This document shows, piece after piece, positions 58,048 through 64,000 of a DNA stretch of 64,000 bases (its first letter is position 1; each line of letters opens with the position of its first letter). The DNA comes from Planctomycetota bacterium (GTDB taxonomy: Bacteria > Planctomycetota > Phycisphaerae > UBA1845 > Fen-1342), in NCBI GenBank assembly GCA_045863555.1, contig BTUU01000003.1, positions 34,476 through 98,475 on the forward strand, in the 5' to 3' direction. The translations under genes were made by a program, and so were the position numbers. The notes beneath the pieces are model-generated. The model was not told where the DNA came from and did no database searches. It saw nothing but the letters and a program-made list of their open reading frames with translations.

Positions 58048-59715
58048 ATTTTCCCCTACTCCGTCACTTCCCGCCCCGACCCGCCAAGTATCATCAGAAT
58101 CGCGGGTTACAGATTGTGCCGAATTTCCGTCAACGACAGAGAAACCCAGTTCACGCCCGTTTTCGCCTGATTCCGGACAAGCGATTGACAAGCACGCTTG
58201 TCCGTCGGTTCCTGTTGCGCGTGCTCGCCCGGCGTTCGGCGTCGAGTCGAGCGGCAGCGCCGGGAGCCGGTCCAGTGCCGCGGCGACGTTGACGAGCCGC
58301 TTGTCCGTGTACCGCGCCGTCAGATTCAGCGTGCTATGCCGCATGGCGAATTGGACGGCCCGCGCTTCGACGCCCGCCGCCGCGAGGTGCGACGCGAACG
58401 AATGCCGCAGGCAGTGAAAATCCGCGGAGCGGCCCCGGTCATCGATTTTCGGGATTCCCGCCGCGTCGAGGTCGAGGTCGAATATCCGGATGCCTTGCTT
58501 CGGCATATCGAATAGCGGCGACTCCCCCGACAGTTTCGCCGGGATCGGCTCGCCTGCCGCCCGTGCCGTTTCCCGGAGCGTGTCGAGCCGCTCGGCGAGC
58601 ATCGCCCGCACGTCGGCCGCGAGGTCGGGGCGGAGCACCAATTCCGCCCGCTCGCCGTTCTTCGCGGCGTTGGCATCGACCACGACGTAAGCCGGGGATT
58701 CGTCGAGCACGAGCGAGCGAATGCGGAGCGAGCGCAGCTCATTCCAGCGAAGCCCCGTCAACGCCGCCGCCTTGTAGAGCACGGCCCGTCCCTGGCCCCG
58801 GTGCTCGGCTTCGGCGCGGCGCTTCGCGGAGAGTCGCTCACGTCCCCGGCGTTCGCACTCCGCGAGATTCGCGGGCGTCAACGGCTTTCGCCCGTCGCGG
58901 CCGTGCTCGGCAACGGGTCGGCGTGCGGCCGCGTCAATCAGCCGGGCGAGTTCATCGGCCGTAAACGCCCGGCGCGGGCGACGGCTCTCGGCTTCGCGTT
59001 TCATGCGGGTAAACGGATTCGCGAGCAGTCGATTCTCGGCGACAAGCCAGCCCGCGAACGCCCCGAGCGCTTCGACGTGAGCATTGATGCGCCGCCCCGA
59101 CATTCCGCTCGGATTGCCGTCGGCCGTCGAGGTCGCTTCGGCTTCGCGTGCTTCGGCCCATTTCTCGACGGCTCGGCGCGAGAAATCGCGGAGCTTCGCG
59201 AAACCGCAGTCGGCGAGAATCCGGCGGAGCGCCGCCTCGACGTTGCGGACGTGCGCGGGCGATACCCGCGCCTTGCCGCCCCGGCCGCGTTTATTGCGAA
59301 GGGCGTCGAGGTACTCGTCAACGTGTACGTCGATGGCCGATTTCCGATGGTCCGCCGCCGCCGCTTCCGTCGCCGAGATAGCGCCGCTCGCGACGCGCTC
59401 GACGTGCCGGAGCCGCTCGGCAAGCACAATTCCCGCGCCGTCGAGCGTGCGGCAATTCGTCGGCTCGCGTTTCACGCGGCCCTCGGCGTCGCGGTAGCGG
59501 ATCCAATAACACTCCGCATCGATGAGCACGCCGGCGCCGTCGGCCGTGAGCCGCGCCTCACGCTTGCGGTTCTTGCGATCCGTCCAGCGGGCGAACCGCT
59601 CGCCGCCCTTCGTCACGATTGCCGCGTCCGCCGGGAGTGGCTTCGAGAATGTCGGTTTGAAAACCTTTCCCCTCATGTCGGTCATCTCTTGCCCCTTGTG
59701 CGGCTGCGCGTGCAC
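58021..59715 (-). CDS. Tyrosine-type site-specific integrase (phage integrase family)
   Basis: C-terminal catalytic domain with LRHSFASHLAAAGVEARAVQFAMRHSTLNLTARYT (R..H-x-x-R...Y catalytic tetrad context). The ORF runs antisense into tRNA-Arg with no earlier stop. True start may be MTDMRGKVF or MRGKVF (59685 or 59676). Confidence 0.85.
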   Translation of the reverse strand: MHAQPHKGQEMTDMRGKVFKPTFSKPLPADAAIVTKGGERFARWTDRKNRKREARLTADGAGVLIDAECYWIRYRDAEGRVKREPTNCRTLDGAGIVLAERLRHVERVASGAISATEAAAADHRKSAIDVHVDEYLDALRNKRGRGGKARVSPAHVRNVEAALRRILADCGFAKLRDFSRRAVEKWAEAREAEATSTADGNPSGMSGRRINAHVEALGAFAGWLVAENRLLANPFTRMKREAESRRPRRAFTADELARLIDAAARRPVAEHGRDGRKPLTPANLAECERRGRERLSAKRRAEAEHRGQGRAVLYKAAALTGLRWNELRSLRIRSLVLDESPAYVVVDANAAKNGERAELVLRPDLAADVRAMLAERLDTLRETARAAGEPIPAKLSGESPLFDMPKQGIRIFDLDLDAAGIPKIDDRGRSADFHCLRHSFASHLAAAGVEARAVQFAMRHSTLNLTARYTDKRLVNVAAALDRLPALPLDSTPNAGRARATGTDGQACLSIACPESGENGRELGFSVVDGNSAQSVTRDSDDTWRVGAGSDGVGENRTRQESNL

Positions 59716-59893
59716 TTGATACCTAGGTAGGCTGCCAGTGCATCGGCTTTATCGAGCCGGAGCGAGCGCTCGCCCTTGAGGAACTTCGTCATCGACGCAC
59801 GCTCGACGCCAGTCGCCGCCGCGATCGGATAGAGCGATCCGGCTTCCTTCAGCGCTTCGCGGAGCAGCTCGGTCATTGTTCCGGTTCGTTTCA
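59682..59893 (-). CDS. Small helix-turn-helix DNA-binding protein (excisionase/regulator candidate)
   Basis: MKRTGTMTELLREALKEAGSLYPIAAATGVERASMTKFLKGERSLRLDKADALAAYLGI is an HTH-like alpha-helical 70-aa protein directly upstream of the integrase. Confidence 0.45.
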
Positions 59894-60159
59894 TAGCGAC
59901 AATTGTCTCTCGAAACCGTCCGTTTGTCAATCTCATTTTCTCAAATTCCCTTCTTGAGCCGGTTCGCCGGACAATTCGCGAGCCGACGTGCAACGGCGCG
60001 GAGCCCAACTGTGCTCGCAGCCAGATATCCGCGATCGCGTTGCGGTTCAGCGCCGAACCTGGCTGCCTGAGGCGTCGGTGCATGCTTCGGCGCGCGCCCC
60101 TGTTAAGGGCGCGCCGAAGCACCGATGGGCGCTTGGGCGCCAACGCTGCGCCGAACCTG

Positions 60160-61236
60160 TCAAACCTGGCTGTTGGGGGCATTCACCGCCTCCAAATCGA
60201 GCCGATATACGAGCTTTCCCCGGAGAAGGGTCTCGAATCTCACGAGCCCCTCGGCGAGTGCCTTGTTCATGAGCTGCCTCGTCTCGCGGGTCGTGAAGCC
60301 AGCCGCCTTGGCCCGGTGTTCGACGGCGAGCCGGTCACGCGGCTCAACCGTGTAACATTCGCTCACGAACTTCGGGAGTAGTTCGTCCAGCGATTTCGGT
60401 TGTCGCCGCCCGGGACGAAACAGCTCCGAAGGGTCGAGCCCCTCGTCGAGGTTCCAAACCGGATACTGCCAGCGAATGACGAACCGCTCCGGCGGGGCGA
60501 ACGATCGCACGACAGCGTCGATCGCCGCGCAGCCGTCCTCTGCGTGCGGTCGGATCACAAGATGCGAGTCGCACGCCCTAGACTGCGCCCCGGCCCCAGC
60601 TCCGATATCGGTCGTTGCCTTGTCGGCCTGGTTCCCCTTGCTCGAATGGTGGACCACTCCGAAAGCGCTGTTCATGGAGGCCGCATATGAGTCAATCGCG
60701 TTGTAGACGTTCGCCATGTCGGCATTGTCGTTTTCGTTGCCGCGGAAGAGTCGGTAGAGCGCGTCCAGCACCACGAGCGAGTAGTCTTCGTCCGCCCACT
60801 CTTCGAAGGGCCCACCCAATTCATCGACCGTACAGAGTCGGCCGCGAAGCGAGACCACGTCAAATCGGCCCGCGTAATCCGCCGTGGGGATGCCTCGCGC
60901 ACCGGCAACTCGCCGAATACGGTCTTGGAGCGTCTCGATGTGCAGCTCGTTATCGATGAGCAGTACGCGGCCGCGGTTCGTCTGAAAACCGAGCCACGAC
61001 CGCCCGGTTGCAACCGCAAGCAGCAAGTCCAGGGCGAGCCAGCTCTTGTGCGACTTCGGCCCGCCGACGATGTTGAGCGTCTCTCCGCGCCGGAGTAGCC
61101 CATTGAGGATTGGTGTACGCAATGGGCTGCCCTTCGCAACCAGTTCGGACGCATCTACACGGATGAGCTTCCGATCTCCGGCTATCGCGGCGGCGACGTC
61201 TTCGGCCCGTAGGGTCTCGCCGTACGCCGTTGTCAT
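60160..61236 (-). CDS. AAA_25 / RepA-like RecA-fold ATPase (replicative helicase-loader-like protein of integrative elements)
   Basis: Walker A NIVGGPKSHKSWLALDL, Walker B-like RVLLIDNE and VVHHSSKG. Start at MTTAYGETL (61236). Confidence 0.7.
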   Translation of the reverse strand: MTTAYGETLRAEDVAAAIAGDRKLIRVDASELVAKGSPLRTPILNGLLRRGETLNIVGGPKSHKSWLALDLLLAVATGRSWLGFQTNRGRVLLIDNELHIETLQDRIRRVAGARGIPTADYAGRFDVVSLRGRLCTVDELGGPFEEWADEDYSLVVLDALYRLFRGNENDNADMANVYNAIDSYAASMNSAFGVVHHSSKGNQADKATTDIGAGAGAQSRACDSHLVIRPHAEDGCAAIDAVVRSFAPPERFVIRWQYPVWNLDEGLDPSELFRPGRRQPKSLDELLPKFVSECYTVEPRDRLAVEHRAKAAGFTTRETRQLMNKALAEGLVRFETLLRGKLVYRLDLEAVNAPNSQV

Positions 61237-62276
61237 CGTTGCCCCCGTTTCGCGCGGATCGCCCCGACCGCGCTCGCAAGAACCGTCCGTGCTTCGCGCG
61301 CCGGGAGTCCGCACGCCGCCGCCCCGTCGAGTATGAGCCGCTCCGCGTCCCGCTCGGCGACACCACGCCCCAGCAATGAGCACGCCGCCGCGAACGCCGC
61401 CCGGTTACGTCCACCCTCGCCCGTCCGCCCGTCAAGAAACTCCCGCGTCTGCCCGTCGAGACTCGCGAGCGCCTCAGAGAGTTCCCGCGGGCGAAACTCC
61501 CTCGAAGCCCGTCGTGGCCTCAGCTTCGGGATCCGTGTTCGTGCCTTCGCGACAAGGCGACGCCACGCCGCCGGCTCAGTGAGCGGCACATCGGCCAGCT
61601 CGCGCGGCTCGCCGGTCATCGGGTCGAAGGCTTGCCCGCCGCCCGGCGCCCGAGCCGCGCCCCCAAATGGGAGCGTGAGCGGCCAGCCGAGCCGCGGTCG
61701 GGTCGTGCTCTTCGGGATCAGCTCAACGCACCCGGCCGCCCCGAGTGTCGCCGGCCGTCCGTCGCCGCACGCGAAGCCGTCGCGGTCGAATAGGAGCCCG
61801 CTCGCGACAAGAGCGGCGATTCCGAGCACGCCGTCGGCCAGCGGGGATGGTTCCCCGAGCAAGCACCAAATGTGCACGCCCGAACCCGAGCCGCTCCGCA
61901 CCGCCAGCACGTCGAGCCCGTGCTCGCGGCCGGCCTGGACGATCGCCCGCGCTGCCCGAACTGGGTCAGCGAGTCCGCCCGGCCCGTGCGAAGTGCCGTC
62001 GAGGTCCGCGGCAACCCAGCGGCACAAGCCGTCCGCCGCAGGACAGAACGCCGCTAACAGCGTCGGTGAGACGCGCACCCGCTTCGGCGCGCGGTTGGCG
62101 ATTGACGTCGTCACGGTTGCTGAGAATCCGCCGCCGTGAGCCCCGATGAGGCGCTCAAGTTCGTCGGCATCGATCGGGAGTTCAATCGGGGCCGGATGGC
62201 CTCTCGGCATGATTGCATTGCAGACGCGCGAGCCGGCGATGATATGGCCGATGATGCGTCGCTCGATGGTCGTCAT
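61233..62276 (-). CDS. Bifunctional DNA primase/polymerase (PrimPol N-terminal domain plus PriCT_1 C-terminal domain)
   Basis: LDVLAVRSGSGSGVHIWCLL PrimPol signature. C-terminal GRNRAAFAAACSLLGRGVAERDAERLILDGAAACGLP matches the primase C-terminal-1 motif. Confidence 0.7.
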   Translation of the reverse strand: MTTIERRIIGHIIAGSRVCNAIMPRGHPAPIELPIDADELERLIGAHGGGFSATVTTSIANRAPKRVRVSPTLLAAFCPAADGLCRWVAADLDGTSHGPGGLADPVRAARAIVQAGREHGLDVLAVRSGSGSGVHIWCLLGEPSPLADGVLGIAALVASGLLFDRDGFACGDGRPATLGAAGCVELIPKSTTRPRLGWPLTLPFGGAARAPGGGQAFDPMTGEPRELADVPLTEPAAWRRLVAKARTRIPKLRPRRASREFRPRELSEALASLDGQTREFLDGRTGEGGRNRAAFAAACSLLGRGVAERDAERLILDGAAACGLPAREARTVLASAVGAIRAKRGQR

Positions 62277-62510
62277 CCCCGCACCGGCCGGCCGTCGCCG
62301 CTCCGCGCCCAAGGAAGCGGGGGAGATTGAATTGTCTCGACTGTGGAGTGTACCATCCATCGTGACGATCCTTCGCAAGTCGTCAGTCTTGGTGCCGCGT
62401 CGGAGGGGATCCGACGCGGCACGCTCGTTTCTTGAACCCTGATTCCGCTGGCGTGAGTACCGCTCGCACGCTCCGTGCGAACGCGAGTGGGACCCGCGGC
62501 GCTGCGGCTC

Positions 62511-62726
62511 CTACTCGGCCTCGCACCGACTGGCGAGCCACTTTGAGATGTCCGAGCGGCGCCAGCGAATCAGCCGGGCTGAAAGCCGGACAGGCCGCGG
62601 GGCCTTGCCCGCGTCACAGAGGCGTTCCCACGAGCGCGTTGAGACATTGGCGATCGCCGCCGCCTGGCGCTTGTCGAGCAGTTCGGCCGTCTCGGCGACG
62701 GCCACGGGGGAGGTTTGAACGTGCAT
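62511..62726 (-). CDS. AlpA-family (MerR-like HTH_17) phage transcriptional regulator
   Basis: LLDKRQAAAIANVSTRSWERLCDAGKAPRPVRLSARLIRWRRSDISKWL has the AlpA pattern (L+..EVA...GVS.ST.YR....G.FP.P.+LG.R.V.W...EV..W). Confidence 0.6.
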   Translation of the reverse strand: MHVQTSPVAVAETAELLDKRQAAAIANVSTRSWERLCDAGKAPRPVRLSARLIRWRRSDISKWLASRCEAE

Positions 62727-62819
62727 TGCCTGATACTCCATCTACGGTTCACGGCGAGCCACGTCGGCCCGCGTCAGCCGGAGTATTGCGGCGTTCCCAT
62801 TGAGGAAGTGACGACCGTC

Positions 62820-62858
62820 GTTGATTCTGCGTTGATTCTGCGTTGATTCTGCGTTGAC
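62820..62858. repeat. 3.5 tandem copies of an 11-bp direct repeat GTTGATTCTGC (iteron/operator-like)
   Basis: GTTGATTCTGC x3, then GTTGAC. Lies in the 119-bp spacer immediately upstream of the AlpA-like gene start. 11-bp periodicity means the copies are on the same helical face. Confidence 0.7.
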
Positions 62859-62860
62859 GT

Positions 62861-63784
62861 TCAGTCGGCGAGCCGCCAAAGCCCTTTTCCGGGAGAGACA
62901 ATCAGGGTGCCTAGCGCTGGGTGCTTCCTGAAGATTGTCTGAACGCGAAACGCCTCGGTGGACTTCATTTTTTCGCGCAGCGTCGCAATTGCAACCGTCC
63001 CGGGATAGGCGCCATTTAGGACTCTGACAACCTTGCGCTGCTGCTCGCCCAGGAAGTGGAACTCTGTACCCCGCCACCACCCCGTCGAGTAGTCGCGCGA
63101 AAAGGTCGCCTGTTCGGATTTCGGACTGTCCGCGACCGGCTTTGCGTCTGCCGACTGCGTGGCAGTTTTTGGCGCGAGCATGCCGGCGAGCGTGCGCAAG
63201 GTCGCCGCATCGGTCGGCAGCGTCTTCCGTCTCACGGGAAGGACCCGCGGGCCAAGCGACGTCTTGAGATCCACAGTGACCTCTTCAAGAACCGCGAACA
63301 CGTCACTCTCACGGTCATCCGTTATCAGGTCTTTCTGTGTAACCTGCCTGCACAAGCTGAGATAGGCCGCCATCGGGTTGTCACGCCTGGTGAGATTAGA
63401 TCGGCCCTCGCGATTCGCTCTCGACATCCGCCACGGATTGATCCGGCGGACCTTCTCACCGAGTTCGTCATGAATCGCCGCGAGTCGTGCGTACTTGTCT
63501 GCCAGCGTCAACCGCCGAGTCGGGAAAAAGCCGACTGAGAGGTCAGGCTCTCCGCGATGGCCAGCGTTTGGTCCACGCCGTAGCGTCTCCGCTTTCCAGT
63601 CCCGGAGCATTCGACGAAACCGGTCCATAGCGCCCGGCAGCGCGAGCAGTTCGTCGACGCGAGTAGCAACACGGTGCAGCCACTTCGACGCTGTTGCTTG
63701 ACGATGTTGTTGGAGAAGGGCCCGATGTTCGCGCTGATCGATCTTGCGCTCGTTCACACTCGCCCCTTCGCGTGCGCTCGACAC
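62861..63784 (-). CDS. Hypothetical protein (island cargo)
   Basis: 307-aa ORF with protein-like composition and no recognisable domain. Possible winged-helix-like C-terminus. Confidence 0.45.
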   Translation of the reverse strand: MSSAREGASVNERKIDQREHRALLQQHRQATASKWLHRVATRVDELLALPGAMDRFRRMLRDWKAETLRRGPNAGHRGEPDLSVGFFPTRRLTLADKYARLAAIHDELGEKVRRINPWRMSRANREGRSNLTRRDNPMAAYLSLCRQVTQKDLITDDRESDVFAVLEEVTVDLKTSLGPRVLPVRRKTLPTDAATLRTLAGMLAPKTATQSADAKPVADSPKSEQATFSRDYSTGWWRGTEFHFLGEQQRKVVRVLNGAYPGTVAIATLREKMKSTEAFRVQTIFRKHPALGTLIVSPGKGLWRLAD

Positions 63785-64000
63785 GGGTTATTGGCAGTGA
63801 TCGCCAAATTGCGCGAGAAGTTGCGAGAGATCCGGCAGATCCACGCACCCGCGCCGGTCAATATCCGCCCGCGGCCAGAAATCGGGATCGGAGCTGCAAT
63901 GGCCGAAGTGCGCAAGGAAGACCGCGAGATCGGCGATATCGACGCGCAGGTTGCAGTCCATATCCGCCGGCGTGCAGCACTGCTCGATGTGGAGTAGCCA

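Larger units (their letters stand above)
58048..64000. mobile_element. Integrative mobile element or genomic island inserted at the 3' end of tRNA-Arg (partial; continues past the window end)
   Basis: A tyrosine integrase gene abuts and overlaps the tRNA-Arg 3' end. It is followed by an Xis-like HTH, an AAA_25 RepA-like helicase, a PrimPol/PriCT primase, an AlpA-family regulator, iteron-like repeats and cargo, all on the minus strand. No attR copy of the tRNA 3' end lies inside the window. Confidence 0.6.

Noticed and set aside
62742-63080. 112-aa ORF spanning the 11-bp tandem repeats in the island.
   Set aside because: It is translated through a perfect nucleotide repeat and overlaps the hypothetical cargo gene. 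More likely non-coding spacer.

Overview
This window is high-GC (about 65-70%) bacterial chromosomal DNA. The gene content suggests a Planctomycetota-like organism: two PEP-CTERM sorting-signal proteins, an overlapping ECF sigma factor / Ser-Thr kinase pair, dockerin-like repeats, sulfatase-like and arylsulfotransferase-like genes, and many lipoprotein signals. The left two thirds mixes housekeeping genes (alaS, dapA, rsmD, typA, a TrmJ/SpoU-like methyltransferase, scpB, ispH, a MutS2 paralog, acyP) with envelope and secreted functions. From about 36.7 to 48.6 kb there is one long minus-strand glycan or LPS-like biosynthesis operon. Reading in transcription order it encodes a VanZ-like protein, GT4, GT9 heptosyltransferase, GT4, a Wzy/O-antigen-ligase-like protein, a GT4-GT4 fusion, a CapK-like adenylate-forming enzyme and a GNAT/class-V aminotransferase fusion. 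The right end has a tRNA-Leu(GAG)/tRNA-Arg(ACG) pair with a sigma70-like promoter. An integrative element sits directly at the 3' end of tRNA-Arg. It carries a tyrosine integrase, an Xis-like HTH, an AAA_25 helicase, a PrimPol/PriCT primase, an AlpA-like regulator, iteron-like 11-bp repeats and cargo, and it runs off the window. The most unusual sequence-level signal is an 84-nt structured palindrome made of 4x GTGGGAAN, a 19-nt loop and 4x TTCCCACC. It is inserted twice, in frame as 28 codons each time, inside a 1,028-codon molybdopterin oxidoreductase gene. Other repeat families noticed include a roughly 40-bp direct repeat flanking dapA on both sides. A roughly 65-nt terminator-like module occurs twice, downstream of thuA-like and ispH, and is about 70% identical between copies. 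One AT-rich intergenic island contains three tandem repeats, a palindrome and a near-consensus sigma70 promoter. An orphan DUF4280 (PAAR-like) gene lies next to a flotillin/NfeD pair. All calls rest on reading the six-frame translations and recognising conserved motifs; no database search was run.
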